A stretch of 64,000 nucleotides of DNA from an uncultured bacterium (GCA_963749495.1 CAVVMW010000004.1:544001-608000), one strand, 5' to 3'; positions 22,123-34,715 are shown, numbered from the stretch's first letter. The notes: generated by a model from the sequence alone, not told the origin. Numbers and translations: made by a program.

Positions 22123-23606
22123 GGCGCTTCTCCTTTGCCCATCTGGTGTTGCTCGTTCCACCAGCCCCCTCCCAGCGCCACGAACAAGGCCACCGTGTCC
22201 TGGTGGCGCTGCGCCACAGCCTGCAGATAGGCGATGGTGGCTTGGTGGAATTGCACGTCGGCCGTCAGAACGTCCAGGTAGGCGGCCAGACCCGCGCGAT
22301 AATTGGCCTGCAACAGGTTGAGTGCTTCGCCAGCCACGCGCCGTGCTTCGACTCGTGCCTCCAGCGCCTCGGCGTCGTGCTGCAGCGCCTTCAAGGAGTC
22401 AGCGACTTGCTGGAATGCGCCAAGTGCGGTCTGGCGATAAACTGCCTGAGATTGCTGATAGGCATCGATGGCTGCGCGCCGGCCGTACCAAAATGTGGTG
22501 CCCTGAAACACTGGAATCGAGGCCGACGGGCCGAGGCTCCAGAACCTCCCACTGGCCGCCGAGAGGACCGAGAAACTACCCAAACTGGCAACGCCGTAGG
22601 TGCCGTTCAAGCTGAAGCTGGGGAACAGGTTGGCGGTCGCGACGCCGATTTTGGCACTGGCAACATGCATTTGTGCCTCGGCCGACAGGATGTCGGGACG
22701 CTGGTTAACCAGATCGGAGGGCAGGCTTACCGGCAGGTCCACCGGCAGCGACAGTCCGGCCAGGTCGATGTCGGGCAGGGTGGCCTTGAGTGGTGCCACG
22801 CCTTCCAGCGTCGCCAGCAAATGCTCGGCCTGGCTGACATTCTGCTCCAGGGACGCCAGCAAGGCCTGGTTGGCGGCGATCAGGCTGCTCACGCTCAACA
22901 CGCTCGAATAGGGAGCTGTGCCGGCGCGAACCTGCGCCTGGGTGAGGTGAAGTTGCTGCTGCTCCAACTCGATCAACTGTTCGGTCGCGCGAATCTCTGC
23001 AGCGTAGGCAGCGCGCGCGATGCTGGTGTTAACGACATTGGCGGACAACGTGAGGTAGGCCGCCTTGCTCTCGTAGCGCTGAAAGCCGGCCTGCGCCCGC
23101 AAACTTTCCACCTTACGGCGCGCGCCACCGAACACGTCGAGCGCGTAGCTGATGGTGCCGCTCGCGGTAACCAGGTTGAAGATCGTCCCGGGCGTCTGAA
23201 AGCCTGCCTGCAACGGGGCGGTGCGCTGTCGACTGGCGCCTGCTCCAGCCTGGATCTGCGGGAAGAACACCCCATAACCTGCTCGCATGTTGTCCTGGCT
23301 CTGACGCAAGCTGGCCTCGGAGGCCTGGAGGGTCGGATTGTTGGTGATGGCCAGCCGGACTAGCGCGTCCAACTGCGCTGACTTGAAAAGCCGCCACCAA
23401 TCGGCAGGGATACCGGCGCCGGGCGTGAAATGCTGCGCCTGGCCATCTGCCGCGACCGTGGCTTCGGGCCGCGTCTCGCGCGTGTAGCGATCCGCATCGG
23501 GCGGCGCAGGACGAACGAAATTGGGGCCCACCGCGCAACCGCCAACCATCGCCATGATCACGGCGAGCCACGCGCCTCGCCGGACTGATGATCGAAAGTT
23601 GTTCAT
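22119..23606 (-). CDS. Outer-membrane efflux lipoprotein (NodT/OprM family)
   Basis: Lipobox GGCAVGPNF; DWWRLF; PSDLVNQRPDILSAE; ALGGGW. Confidence 0.92.
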   Translation of the reverse strand: MNNFRSSVRRGAWLAVIMAMVGGCAVGPNFVRPAPPDADRYTRETRPEATVAADGQAQHFTPGAGIPADWWRLFKSAQLDALVRLAITNNPTLQASEASLRQSQDNMRAGYGVFFPQIQAGAGASRQRTAPLQAGFQTPGTIFNLVTASGTISYALDVFGGARRKVESLRAQAGFQRYESKAAYLTLSANVVNTSIARAAYAAEIRATEQLIELEQQQLHLTQAQVRAGTAPYSSVLSVSSLIAANQALLASLEQNVSQAEHLLATLEGVAPLKATLPDIDLAGLSLPVDLPVSLPSDLVNQRPDILSAEAQMHVASAKIGVATANLFPSFSLNGTYGVASLGSFSVLSAASGRFWSLGPSASIPVFQGTTFWYGRRAAIDAYQQSQAVYRQTALGAFQQVADSLKALQHDAEALEARVEARRVAGEALNLLQANYRAGLAAYLDVLTADVQFHQATIAYLQAVAQRHQDTVALFVALGGGWWNEQHQMGKGEAP

Positions 23607-23644
23607 CGCATTCGCTCTGACGGGTGTCTGGCCGCGCTGGGGCG

Positions 23645-24721
23645 CTACTGCTTCCCGATGAAGACATCCACCAACTGGCCCGGATAGACCGGAGCGTCCT
23701 TTTTCTCGAACCGGAAAATGACCAGCAGCACCCGCAAGTCCACCTTCTCCTGGCGCTGATTCGACAGCTCGATCTTGGGCGAAACATAAGGCTGCACCCG
23801 GACGAACTCCAGCGGCAGCTTAATGTCGGTGCCGGGGATCGACAATTGTGCGCGAATACGCCCCCGTGACGGCAGGCGTGAGACCAGGATCTCGTCGACA
23901 TAACAGCGCACGGCCAGATAGTCCTGGGGCGCTCCCATCACCACCAGCTGGCCGGATCCTTCCGTGTAAGGGTCATAGACGCCCTGTGACGACACATAAC
24001 TCCCCGTCGTCGCGTTAATGGCGAGCACGACTCCGTCAACCGGCGCTTTGACGGAATACTTTGCCAGCAGCGCGTTAGCCGCCTGGTAAGCCTGCTGGAG
24101 CGCCTCGTACAGCTTCTCCTGGTTGACGATGTCGTAGCTCCATGCCCCGGCCTTGGTAAGTTCATATTGCGTCCGGGCTACGTCCAGTGCGGCTGCCGCC
24201 TGGCTGACTGCGTCTTCGGCCGTATCCAGCGCGTCCTTGCTGATCGATTTCGGGTCGATGTCGTAGGAGGCGCGGCGCTTGTCGTGCTGGTCGCGGGCCG
24301 CTTTCAGGTTGGATTCAGCCAACTCCACCTGCGCCAGGGCAATCGCTAGGGTCTCCTTTCGTGGCTGCGCTTTGAGTTCCTCCAGGAGCGCCAAGGCAGC
24401 CTCGGACTGCAACCTTAGCTGCTCCGTGGTTGCCTTCTGCACGGAATCGTCGATGGTCAGGAGCGGAGTGCCGGCCGATACCCGCTGGCCTTCGCGCGCC
24501 AGCACCCGGGTGATCGGACCGGAAACTTCGGGATAGATGTTGATGTTTTCACCGCTCGGCTGATCGCTCTCGATAATGCCATTGGCATAGATTGCCGAGT
24601 CGTAAGGGCTGCTGACCGGCTTAAACACCGGCGGTTGGGCCTTCCTCTGGATCCCAAAGATGCAGGCGGCGACAAGTCCGGCCAGGATACCTATCGTCGC
24701 GAGGGACAAGATCATGCCCAA
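23645..24721 (-). CDS. HlyD-family periplasmic adaptor (N-terminus abuts an inverted fragment)
   Basis: Biotinyl-like VSGPITRVLAREGQRV; coiled coil; KAPVDGVV; YPGQLVDVFI. Confidence 0.85.
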   Translation of the reverse strand: MGMILSLATIGILAGLVAACIFGIQRKAQPPVFKPVSSPYDSAIYANGIIESDQPSGENINIYPEVSGPITRVLAREGQRVSAGTPLLTIDDSVQKATTEQLRLQSEAALALLEELKAQPRKETLAIALAQVELAESNLKAARDQHDKRRASYDIDPKSISKDALDTAEDAVSQAAAALDVARTQYELTKAGAWSYDIVNQEKLYEALQQAYQAANALLAKYSVKAPVDGVVLAINATTGSYVSSQGVYDPYTEGSGQLVVMGAPQDYLAVRCYVDEILVSRLPSRGRIRAQLSIPGTDIKLPLEFVRVQPYVSPKIELSNQRQEKVDLRVLLVIFRFEKKDAPVYPGQLVDVFIGKQ

Positions 24722-25403
24722 CCTGGATATCCTCGCCGGCCTGGCCGAACTGGCGGAAAAGCACGCTCCCCAGATTCGTCTTTACCAGCCTGCTGCTGTC
24801 ATCCGGCAGTTCGGCCGCACCCTCCTGCGCGAGCTGGATTTCACCTTCGAACGCCGCAATCTCGATGAGTTCGCGAAACATTTCGCCCAGGACGACACCG
24901 TCCATTTCCCCCAGGCTTACGCGGAGTGCTCGACGCGCCGTGTCCTGACGATGGAACGGCTTGAGGGCATCCTCGGTACCGACTCTGCGGCGCTCACCGC
25001 CTCGGGCGCCGACCTCAATGAATTCGCGCGCCGGGGCGCCAATATGTATCTCCAGATGATCTTCCGCGATGCGTTCTACCATGCCGATCCGCATCCCGGC
25101 AACCTGATGCTCCTGCCCGGCGGTGTGGTCGGGGTGCTCGACTGCGGGATGGTCGGCCGTCTCGATGAAGAACTGGGGGAAGGCATCGAGGAAATGCTCA
25201 TCGCCGTGGTGAACCACAACTCGGTGGACCTGGGGGACATTCTGCTTCGTCTCGGCTCCTGCCTGCTCTGGAGCATGAAAGCACCGCCTGTGATCGCTGG
25301 CGTTTCGGTATTCGGCGGTGCGGGTTACCTAATGGCAGCTTATCTCAGTTGGCGCCTGCTGCGCGCCATCAAAAAGTCCGGCGATATCGATTCAAAGAAA
25401 TAG
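24722..25403 (+). pseudogene. ABC1/UbiB (AarF) kinase fragment, 5'-truncated with internal deletion near 25255
   Basis: ELDFTFE, VLTMERLEG, HADPHPGN, LDCGMVGRL. Confidence 0.85.
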
Positions 25404-25419
25404 AAGGGAGATCTCTCCA

Positions 25420-25980
25420 TTAAGAAAACGACGGCTCGCATCTGATTTGCGAGATCTTGCAATTTGCGAACTGTCGCAGCATTTCCGCTTTCAGTGTTTC
25501 CTTCCGTAACTTCCTGATAATCAGACAATGTTCTCCTCTCGCCGGGACGGAATGCGTCCTCGCCGTCTTGTCGAAGGTGAGGGTCTTTGACTTCTCAACC
25601 CTCTTCTTCAAAGCCCCCCCGATATACTTGGTCTTGACCCGAGCGGCGATTTCCGGCTTGGAAACGGCCTTCCCTTGGGTCTTCACCCAATCCAAAATCC
25701 GGCTGGCGACGGTGGGCGGGGAGGGCGGTTCCCAAGTGGGGTCAATTTCACGGATTTGACCGGCCAGTTCATCCAGCTTTGAAACCGTCTCTTTGTATTG
25801 GGTTTTGAGCGGTTCAAGGCTGGCCTGTTGACGTTCTTTGACGGCGGCGGCGGCCAATTGTTCGGGGGTCATTCCGGCGAGAACCGCCTGAATTAGTTCG
25901 GGCGTGATTTGAAGGGCGGCGGCGGGTTTGGCGTCGGCAACGGGAGTTTCGGCCTGCCGGTTCCAAGCCCGGCAGGTCAC
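25420..25980 (-). CDS. Hypothetical protein, probably a fragment
   Basis: Plausible helical Lys-rich sequence; ends uncertain. Confidence 0.4.
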   Translation of the reverse strand: MTCRAWNRQAETPVADAKPAAALQITPELIQAVLAGMTPEQLAAAAVKERQQASLEPLKTQYKETVSKLDELAGQIREIDPTWEPPSPPTVASRILDWVKTQGKAVSKPEIAARVKTKYIGGALKKRVEKSKTLTFDKTARTHSVPARGEHCLIIRKLRKETLKAEMLRQFANCKISQIRCEPSFS

Positions 25981-25981
25981 G

Positions 25982-26821
25982 TCACCAGCGCGGCCAGGAT
26001 TCCGGGTGCTGTTGGTGGTCGTAGTTCCACATTGCAGCGGTATTCGTTGGGTTGAACAGAATCCACGGGCTCATCTCCGAGACGTGGCCATCACAAAAAA
26101 GCTGATTATACTTCTTCCCGTGCCGAGCCGGATCAAACGCGTCCGCTCCCCAACGGTTGAATTGTCCGCATAGCATTCTGTCATGGCCCCCTGCCGTTCC
26201 CCATCCCCATCTTCGCTGGTCCTTCCACCTGGACTCCCCGATGGCGAACATCTCGCTCGGCACCTGCAATTGGAACTCGGCGGTTGGCTCATGACGGCTG
26301 GGCATGGTCACCCATCCTCCCAACCCGAGTTCCTGACGGTCGGCCGGCCTACCCTTTCGGCCAACCCCGTAGCAGTTGTAGGCATAGCTGCCGAAGGGAA
26401 CAGTGGGTCCACCACACCATGCAATCGCCCCCTTGTAGGCCGGGCAATGGTATGCCGGCTCCGTCCATTTGAGAGGGTAGTAGGGGAGCAATTTTGCCGA
26501 CCAATGCGGCGTGTTCTTCACCCCGGCAGAAGCATCGAGAGCGGGATCTGGAGTGCCGTCGTAATAAGGGAATCTCCCGCGGTGTTCATCGACGTACATT
26601 AGCAGACCAAACCCCATCTGTCGCAGGTGATTCTTGCACGAGGCAGAACGGGCGGAAGCCTTGGCCATCGAGAGCGCCGAGAGAAGCAGGGCAGACAGAA
26701 TGCCGATGATGGCGATGACGACCAGCAGTTCCATCAGCGTGAAGGCGCTACGTGCCCGCTTCGTTCCCGGTGCACTGCCCGAAGTCCTGGAGGTATGCAT
26801 TTGCCACGTTGGTTGCATCAA
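25982..26821 (-). CDS. Prepilin-type N-terminal cleavage/methylation protein (H-X9-DG type)
   Basis: [39 protein letters not shown]. Confidence 0.9.
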   Translation of the reverse strand: MMQPTWQMHTSRTSGSAPGTKRARSAFTLMELLVVIAIIGILSALLLSALSMAKASARSASCKNHLRQMGFGLLMYVDEHRGRFPYYDGTPDPALDASAGVKNTPHWSAKLLPYYPLKWTEPAYHCPAYKGAIAWCGGPTVPFGSYAYNCYGVGRKGRPADRQELGLGGWVTMPSRHEPTAEFQLQVPSEMFAIGESRWKDQRRWGWGTAGGHDRMLCGQFNRWGADAFDPARHGKKYNQLFCDGHVSEMSPWILFNPTNTAAMWNYDHQQHPESWPRW

Positions 26822-26834
26822 TCAGACAAGGCTG

Positions 26835-27684
26835 GATGCCTGGCGTCACGCGGAGGTTGCTCCAGAAGGAGTGGCATCGCGGCAGACAGTCCTTGGCAAG
26901 GACCGGACCGGCCGACACCAGCCCGCCCACCCGTAGGTTGGGAAAATGGAACAGCGGTCTGCTGTCGTTTCTGCTCAACAGCTCCGAGCTTTGCCGGCGT
27001 CTGCAGATTGAATTCCACGGCGAGACGTTGCCGCCCGGGGTGCGAAAGCTCATTCGCCTCGCACAGGCTGTTCCAGAGAAGAAGGATGCGAGGACGCCGC
27101 GGCAACCATGGCTGGCTCGCGTTGGGGAACGAGCGCTCCAAACTCGGTCCGGGGCCCGTCAAGTGCTGACCTTTCTCGGTGAGATCGTGATGGCGTCATT
27201 CAACCTGCTGCGCGGACGGGCGCAGTTCCGCTGGTCGGACACATGGACGGCGATGCAGGAGTGCGGCCCGGAGGCCCTGGGCGTGGTCGCGCTCATCAAT
27301 TTTCTCGTGGGCCTCATTTTGGCTTTTGTTGGCGCGTTGGAATTGACCCGGTTTGGGGCCTCCATTTACGTGGCTGACCTCGTGGCCATCGGAACAGTCC
27401 GGGAACTGGGCTGCCTGATGACCGGGATCATCCTGTGCGGGCGCACCGGCGCTGCCTTCGCGGCGCAACTCGGCACGATGAAGGTGAACGAGGAAATCAA
27501 CGCCTTCAAAACGTTCGGCATTTCACCCATCGAGTTCCTGGTGCTGCCGCGGGTGACGGCCCTGGTGCTAATGGTGCCGCTTCTGTGCGTGTTCGCGGAT
27601 GCCATTGCCCTCCTGGGTGGGTTCGCGGTGTCCATCTCGATGCTGGACTTGGGGCCGAGGGAATACATCGACCGGACGACTTGA
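26835..27684 (+). pseudogene. MlaE-type ABC permease, truncated at both ends
   Basis: RELGCLMTGIILCGRTGAAFAAQLGTMKVNEEI...LVLPR. Confidence 0.85.
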
Positions 27685-27923
27685 TCCTTGAGTTGCGCGA
27701 CAGCCTTGGGGCCACCATTGTGGTGGTTACACACGACCTCCAAAGCATCTTTGCCATCGCCGACAATTCGATCTTTTTGGATGCCGCCACCCACACCATG
27801 CGGGCGGAGGGCAATCCACGTGAATTGCTGAAACACTCGAACGACCCGTACGTGCGGGAGTTTCTCACCCGGGGCCAGGAACCCGTCCGCCCAGCCAACT
27901 CCGGAGTTCCTTATGAAGCGTGA
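27676..27923 (+). pseudogene. MlaF-type ABC ATPase, C-terminal fragment
   Basis: DDLILELRDSLGATIVVVTHDLQSIFAIAD. Confidence 0.8.
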
Positions 27924-27949
27924 AGCGTTGGCTAACCTGACGTGAACCT

Positions 27950-28662
27950 ATGAGCAAGAAAGCAAATCCAACCACCATAGGCTTGTTCATCGTCATTGGT
28001 CTGGCGCTGGGAGTTGGGGGCATCATCCTGTTCAGCTCGTGGAAGATATTTGCCACAACCGAGAAGTATATCCTGTACTTTGATGCGTCGGTCGAGGGGC
28101 TTGCTCCCGGCGCCCCGGTGCGATTCCGCGGGGTCACGGTGGGATCGGTGGTCGAGACCTTGATTCACCACAACCAGGTTGCGGGTGACACGCACATGCC
28201 GGTCATCATCGAAGTGGACGAGTCTCTCATCCGCAAGAAAACCGATCTCACCATCAACTTGTCGGACGAAGCCAGTTTCGAGAAGATGCTCCGGCAAGGG
28301 ATGCGCGGCATGCTCGATGCCGAGAGCTTGGTGACCGGCGTTCTATATGTGGAACTGGAGATCCCCCATGCGCCGGCCCCGACATTTCATCAGGTAAAGA
28401 AGGAATATAAAGAGATTCCGACGGTGCCGACGCAGATTCGAACCCTGATCGACAAACTGGCGAACCTCGACTTTACGAGGGCGATGGATCAGTTGACCTC
28501 CGTCCTGGCCCGGCTGAACTCCAGTCTTGCCGAGTTGAAGGTGGCCGACATCAACAACGGCCTGACGAATTTACTAGCGTCCATGAACCAACTGGTTCGG
28601 TCGCCCGATCTGACCAATAGCCTCGATTCGCTCCACAGAACACTGGACGAATATCGCCTCTT
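27950..28662 (+). pseudogene. MlaD/MCE protein, 3'-truncated
   Basis: NPTTIGLF; FDASVEGLAPGAPVRFRGVTVGSV. Confidence 0.85.
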
Positions 28663-29082
28663 CTCTGTTTTTAGGCGCACTGTCACGTTGTCCCGAAGCG
28701 ATCACGAAAGCCTGCGGACTCCAACCTCAATTCCCGTTTCGGTTGGTTCGGGGGTCTGGTTCGCAATCTGGCTCGCGCACACGGTGGGTGCGAGTTTGTC
28801 CCCTTCGCGGCCGGAGGTGCGGTGGTGGCAATCCCTGGCTGCACGACCACGAAGGTATTCGGCAGGCGGCGGCAGAGAACATGCCCGGTGGCCCGGACGG
28901 TGCTGGGAAAGCCAAGTGCCGCTTCGGGATTATCGGTCCAGGTCCCATCCCGGCTCAGGGTACAGTCCGGTTTCGAAGTTCTGCAGGAGGATTCTCATAT
29001 CTCAGCATCATTTCCCGCAAGGCTAAGAGAACCCTCGGAAGGGATCAACGGAGGCGGGGTGACAGTTCGGTTACGTCCAGGT

Positions 29083-30085
29083 TCAGGAAGAACTGCGCGC
29101 CCTAGCGGAAGTGCTGGCGCAGTCCGAGGCAGCCGTCTTGCCAGGCTGGGAGGCTCTTGCGGGCTTTTTGGGCGAAGAAGTTGGGGTTTTGGCGGTCATT
29201 CGCAGAGCCCTGGCCGCCGCTTTGACATCCTTGCGAGCCTGCTTGGCCACCTTTCTCGCACTCTTGAAAGCCTTGCGGGCCGCTTTGAAACTGGCTTTGG
29301 CCAGCCGCGCCCCTTTTCGGGCGGCCTCGGCAGCTTTTTCCGCTGCGTCAGCTTGCGTGGCCAAGGACCGCAAATCCAGGGCGTTGAGATGCTGCTCCAC
29401 GTGGTTCTCCACCGGAACGACCAGGAGCGGTTTGCCCAGCCAGGCCGCTTCACTTAAGGATTCGAATCCGGCCGTGCAGGCGACGCCGCGGCTTTCAGCC
29501 ATCATCCGGAGGAATTTCGCTCCGTCCAGCTTGTGAAACGAGAGAGTCGAGTCGTAACGCCAGACCGGCTCGACTTTCGGTTTCTCGCAGAAGCAATGGA
29601 GTTCCACGTCAGGAAACACCGTGTGCCAGCGGAGAACGTCCGCGGCGTAACCCTGGTTGAGGACGTAGGCCAGGAGGAATCGGCCCGGCGAATCCTGTGG
29701 CAGATCGAAGATCTCACGTCGCAGTAGAGGCGGGCAGACGAAGAGGCGCCGTTCCGGCATGGAGGCCGCGGGATAAAACGAGAGCGCCAGCTTGGTGGAC
29801 AGCGCGCCGGCCAGGCGCACATACTGGCGCATCGTCCATCGCGGCAGCGCAAACTGGCGGGAACGAACGAACTCTGGGTGGCCGAGCATGAAGTGATGCC
29901 CCACGGAGACGACCGGAATCGGGTGCGGCCGCAGCAGGTTGAACACACCCATCAGCGGTTCGAGAAAATTGAGGATGAGGTCGGGTTGGGTGGATTCGAT
30001 GGCGCCCGCGATGGCCGCCAAGCTCTCGCGATACCGGCCCAGTCCGGAAACCGCCTGCCGCAGCGTAGCGAGCGTGGCCACACCT
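29083..30085 (-). pseudogene. Glycosyltransferase family fragment fused to a Lys/Ala-rich histone-like tail (29083-29370)
   Basis: PDLILNFLEP, CTAGFESLSEAAWLGKP, EQHLNALD, then KAARKAFKSARK. Confidence 0.7.
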
Positions 30086-30109
30086 CTTCCACCCTGCAAA
30101 CAGAATCCA

Positions 30110-30440
30110 GGACTCGCGATGGACGTCAACCGGCCGCCGAGGTGGCCCAAAGCGTATTTGTCGGCCTGGCACGCGGGGCGCGGGCGTTGTGCGCCCGGCT
30201 GGCCGAGGACGCCGCGTTGGCAGGCTGGCTTTGTCGCAGCGCCCGCAACGTCTCCCTCAACTTCCGGCGCAATGAAATCCGCCGGCATTCGCGCGAAAGG
30301 CTGGTTATGGAACAACTCGACCCGACTCCTGAAACCGGCCCTGACTGGGAGAAGTTGCGTCCGGTCCTGGACGAAGCGATGAGCGAACTGAGCGAGCCGG
30401 ACTACGATGCGGTAGTGCTGCGATTTTTCAAGAATCAGGA
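30110..30440 (+). pseudogene. ECF sigma-70 factor fragment fused to unrelated 3' sequence
   Basis: AAEVAQSVF, LAGWLCRSARN, LRPVLDEAMSELSEPDYDAVVLRFF. Confidence 0.8.
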
Positions 30441-31183
30441 ACTTGCCAAGCTTCTTGTGGATCGGCAGCCGCCGGCGGGAGATTTCGAACCGAGCAGTTC
30501 ATGGGCCGACTCCGGGAACGGTACGCCCGAAGCGGCAGCCGCCACTTTCGCGTGGGCGGTCAAAGCCGGGAATAAAGACCGGCTCGCCCAAGTCCTGATG
30601 TGCGAGGCCGATCAGTCGAATACAAATTTGACGGCGCTTGTCGAGGACGTCTCGGCAGGGCTTCAACCGTTGATGTCGGAGGTCGAAGCGTCCAGGCTTG
30701 TGCTCAAGGACAATCCAGCGCCGGATGAGGTCACGTTCTGGTTTCAAAGCCGGTTCAAGGACGGCCATACGCTTGTGTCGCCGCTGAAACTGAAACGCTC
30801 CGGCGATCAATGGAAAGTGGAGGTGGGAGGACATGCCAGGTTGCTCGCTCATGGACTGCGTGGAGTTTGTTTATACCAATATACCTCATTGGGGAGCATC
30901 GCGAAGTCCTGAAGTGATTGACTATGCTTGAGCCTCGAACACCCGCCATCTGGAGGACCGGGCGATGAGCGCGCACATCGAGAAGAAGAACACGCTTCTC
31001 TTCAAGGGCCTGGGGCGCGAATGGCAGCAGATCGAGCGCCAGGTCGAGCGCCTTGGGTTCGGTGAGGTGTACGTCGTTTCGCAAAGGGGCTCGCGGCACG
31101 GCTCGACCAAAGTCACTCCGCTTGAGGGGCGGTGACAGCGCCGTCCGCGCCAGGCGCTGTGGAATCCAAGAATTGACCACCGA

Positions 31184-31405
31184 TTAGAAAACTGGAACCC
31201 TCTCGAGCCTCCGGCCCGCCTCGACAACGAGATCCTCTCCCTGGGCCCAAATCTGGTCGTTCAGGAGCAGCTTGAACACGACCCTGTCCCTGGCTTGCCA
31301 GCTCGACCACACCCAGGTCGAGGCGTCCCTGCAATCAAGCGGTGTGCCCTTGTGCCAGCTTAGGCCGTCGCCCTGGCCGCGAATGAACACATGATTGCCG
31401 AATCC
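31184..31405 (-). pseudogene. C-terminal fragment of a conserved small protein (GFGNxxFIRG...LLNDQIW); paralogue at 42430-42615
   Basis: Two similar copies within the window. Confidence 0.6.
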
Positions 31406-31599
31406 CTGTTTAATGGTCTGCCGACGCCATTCGCAGACTCGAGCCCGTTGGCTGGCCCTGACAAATGCCTGCGACCCACACGGCACGCACGGGCCGCGCT
31501 TGGGCAAGCAACTCCACAAGGCGCTGGATGATCGCGTCCTGGTCACCTCAGTCACTCGACCTGATCAGGTAATGGTCAGCGCCGAGCGCCAGAGCCATC

Positions 31600-31872
31600 C
31601 AACTGCTCGATATCGATGTAATGTTCCGGTCCGCTCGCGTGGGCCAGGCAGAGGTCGCGGACGTTGCGCCAGCAGTCCGGTTCTCCCGACAGGAAGGCAA
31701 TGCGCTCGGCGGCCTCTGGTGTCCGCAGAAAGCCCGGGCAGTTCGTGGGCAGGGATGCCAGCGCGAGTTGATTGATCAGACGGTGGACTTCGCAATCAAA
31801 GGCCCTCGCCGGGCAGAGGCCAAGCTGAAGCAACGCCCAGGCGGCTAAGAGTGCGGGAAGTTCTCTTTTCAT
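31600..31872 (-). pseudogene. S1/P1-nuclease/zinc-phospholipase-like secreted protein, N-terminal fragment
   Basis: Signal peptide, HRLINQLAL, EPDxWR, HYIDIE. Confidence 0.6.
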
Positions 31873-31899
31873 AGCGGCGGTTCCGGGACCAGCTCCCCA

Positions 31900-32175
31900 T
31901 TATCGGCTCTTCCAGTCCCAGATGACATCCGACCGCTGAGGCTCGGTGGCCGGGTAACCCGGGAAATTGGTCAAAGATGAAATCTTGTAGTAGCTGGCGT
32001 GGTCGTCGCAGAAATTGAGCACGGTTCCCGACTCATGGCGCACGCCCAGGCTCCGGTAGCGGTTGGCGGGGTTGACGGAGTTGTATTGAGGGGAGCCGTT
32101 GACGATTTCCGTGACCGGGTTGAAGACGACATCGAACATGAGCACCGTCGCCGAGGTCTTGGGGATGCCTGAGAG
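31900..32175 (-). pseudogene. C-terminal fragment of an H-X9-DG prepilin-like protein
   Basis: RHESGTVLNFCDDHASYYK...VIWDW. Confidence 0.6.
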
Positions 32176-32755
32176 CTCCCGTTCGCGGCCGCCCCGGAGG
32201 TGTAGGCGTTGCTGACGACCAGGGCGTCGGTTGCGCCGAGACTCCCGGGCGCGTGCGGATACCAAAGGGTCGTGTTCGTGGTGATGCACCCGGTCGGATA
32301 ATTGGCGATGGCGTCGTACCAAAATTGGCTGGCTTGGGCGCCCGCGGCGCCCAGGCACGCCAGCACGGCGGTGATGATGGCCTTTTTCATAGTTCTCATT
32401 AGTTTTAGTTCGGTCTCGAACCACACCGGGGCGGCCTCGTCGGCGAGACAGCCGGGGCGTGCTGCGAAACGGCGTCTGTCAGCACTTCGGATGCGGAGGC
32501 CATTCCTCCTGTCAGCGGACGAGTATAGGGGCCTCGCCGCCAACGCGTGCTCACGTCTTCGTCACAAACTCATGACAAGCCGGTGACGACCAAACTGCCG
32601 GTGACGCGATACTTCCAGCATCCAACCCAACGTTGAATTGAAACGTCGGGCTATTGTCGGAAGCCCCTTCGGGGCAAAAAGGCGCCGTGGGCTGACCGAA
32701 AGTTTTAACCACACGCGGGGCAGTCCCGGGACTTTGCGCCGCGCCGAGGGCGGGC

Positions 32756-33487
32756 TCAGCGCGGACCTGCTGCCCTTGACTGCCGGCGGAACTGCTCCAT
32801 TGCATGGCGGGCCTGGCGAAGCTGCTCCGCCGTCAGGCGGGCCTCGATAGACCGCCGAGCATGAAGTGTGTCGGGGACCCCCCCGGCATTGGCCAATTGG
32901 TACCATTTCCATGCCTCCGCCAGGTTCCTGGGCACTCCGTGTCCCTCTTCATAACGCCGCGCCAGGTTGTATTGGGCGTAGGCGTCCCCCAATTCGGCGG
33001 CCCGTCGGAAGAAGAGGGCTGCGGCCTGGGAGTCTGGGGCAACGCCCTGGCCCGCTTCGTACATCGACCCGAGGTTGTATATCGCCGCGACATGGCGCTG
33101 GGCCGCCGCTTTGTTGAACCAGGAAAGCGCCTTCGCCGGGTCCCGGTCGGTCCCACGCCCGGCCTGGTAGAGCGTGGCCAGCCGGTATTGGGCCTCGGCG
33201 TTGCCTTTCTCCGCGGCCTGGCGCAGCCATTCTGCGGCGCGACGCTCGTCCCGCTTCTGGCCCTGGCCCTCCAGGCACCAAATACCCATCTGAAGCTGCG
33301 CGGAGACATCACCGCCGGAGGCCCGGGCCGAGGTCTGGGCCACGGCGGTCGGATCCGCCGCTGGAGGTGAAGTCGGCGCGGCCGCGCCCGGATCCGCACC
33401 TCGGTTGGCATGGTACGCCAGACCCGCAATGACCCCGGCGCCGATCAGGACAAGTAGCAACAGGCGTATCCAATTCTTCGTCTGCAT
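32756..33487 (-). CDS. Sel1-like repeat membrane protein
   Basis: N-terminal TM; repeated AQYxLAxxY.xGxGV motifs. Confidence 0.9.
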   Translation of the reverse strand: MQTKNWIRLLLLVLIGAGVIAGLAYHANRGADPGAAAPTSPPAADPTAVAQTSARASGGDVSAQLQMGIWCLEGQGQKRDERRAAEWLRQAAEKGNAEAQYRLATLYQAGRGTDRDPAKALSWFNKAAAQRHVAAIYNLGSMYEAGQGVAPDSQAAALFFRRAAELGDAYAQYNLARRYEEGHGVPRNLAEAWKWYQLANAGGVPDTLHARRSIEARLTAEQLRQARHAMEQFRRQSRAAGPR

Positions 33488-33703
33488 TTCATTCGTGGTT
33501 CGCATTCGGCCGGCAGTGATTCTCGCCAAGGAGCTGGCGTCCCATCCAGCGAAAGTGACGTTGTCCGATTCGATTTTTCACATCTGTGAACAGATCAACA
33601 CAATCACCGCACACACGTAACACAATCGTCCGTTGAACGAACCACTTGGGGCCTTAGACTCGCCGCACGGTTTACAAATGAAAAAGACGATTCCCACATT
33701 CCA

Positions 33704-34546
33704 TTGCTGCTTCGGCGGGAGCCGGCGCCGGTCGCCCGGCCGGGCGTATCGAGGCCGCTCGCCTTCACCTTAATCGAGTTGCTGGTCGTGATCGCGATCA
33801 TCGCCATTCTCGCCAGCATGCTGCTACCTGCGCTCACGCAGGCAAAGGAAAAGGCCAAGGGTGCCCAATGCAAGAGCAACCTCAAGCAGATCGGCCTGGC
33901 CGGCACCATGTATGCCCATGATAACAGCGACTACTATTTCAGCCTGGGCGGCGTCATACCCAACGATGGCCAGTGGACCGCGAATCCCCGCTCGACCGTC
34001 CTGCTGGCACCCAACGACCCTTACGCTTATTGGGCCCTGGGCTACCTCGATTATTTTGCGAGGAACCCGAACATCTTCCACTGCCCTAAGTGCGTCCATG
34101 CCGACGAGTGGCACGATGATGGCCGCTATTACCCCTCCAGCTTCTGGCAGAATTCCACCTACGGGATTTGCCAGTACCTCACCGCCGCGTATGATCCCAC
34201 GGTCGAACCCCAGAGCAAGAAAGTCTCCTCGTATGCCAGCCCCGCCAGGATGATCTTCGTCCAGGACGCGGCCGAACAGAGGATGGAGGGACCGGACGAC
34301 AGCCTCGGCCTGTTTCCCAGCAGGACCCAGATTCTGACGCAGTGGATCGGCCAGCCCCCGTACGGGGGCCTCTCCTTGCTTTACGACGGTTATCATTTCG
34401 AACAGGAGTGGTATCGTCACAGCAAGGGGTGTCAGACGGTTTGGGTGGACCAGCATGTCTCCAGGCTCCGGTTCACCGGGCTGAACGTGGGGATCGACTA
34501 CCGGCACTACACGGGAGTCCTGCCTCTGGCGCCGGCGCCCGAGTGA
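33704..34546 (+). CDS. Prepilin-type N-terminal cleavage/methylation protein
   Basis: [49 protein letters not shown]. Start uncertain. Confidence 0.88.
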   Translation: MLLRREPAPVARPGVSRPLAFTLIELLVVIAIIAILASMLLPALTQAKEKAKGAQCKSNLKQIGLAGTMYAHDNSDYYFSLGGVIPNDGQWTANPRSTVLLAPNDPYAYWALGYLDYFARNPNIFHCPKCVHADEWHDDGRYYPSSFWQNSTYGICQYLTAAYDPTVEPQSKKVSSYASPARMIFVQDAAEQRMEGPDDSLGLFPSRTQILTQWIGQPPYGGLSLLYDGYHFEQEWYRHSKGCQTVWVDQHVSRLRFTGLNVGIDYRHYTGVLPLAPAPE

Positions 34547-34715
34547 ACCCGATCAGCCCACGCGCATGAAACCTGTGTTGAAGATTGCCCCGGCGCTTGG
34601 ATTGTCGTTGCTGCTGGTTTTCACCCCGGGAATCCAACACATGACCCGGTGAGGGCACGGGCAACCTCCTATTTCCTGCATTTGAGAACCACAACACCAA
34701 ACCCAAAATCCTAAC

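Noticed and set aside
29083..30912. Long overlapping ORFs as genuine genes
   Set aside because: Each is a chimera (glycosyltransferase plus histone-like tail; antisense plus sigma fragment plus another C-terminus).
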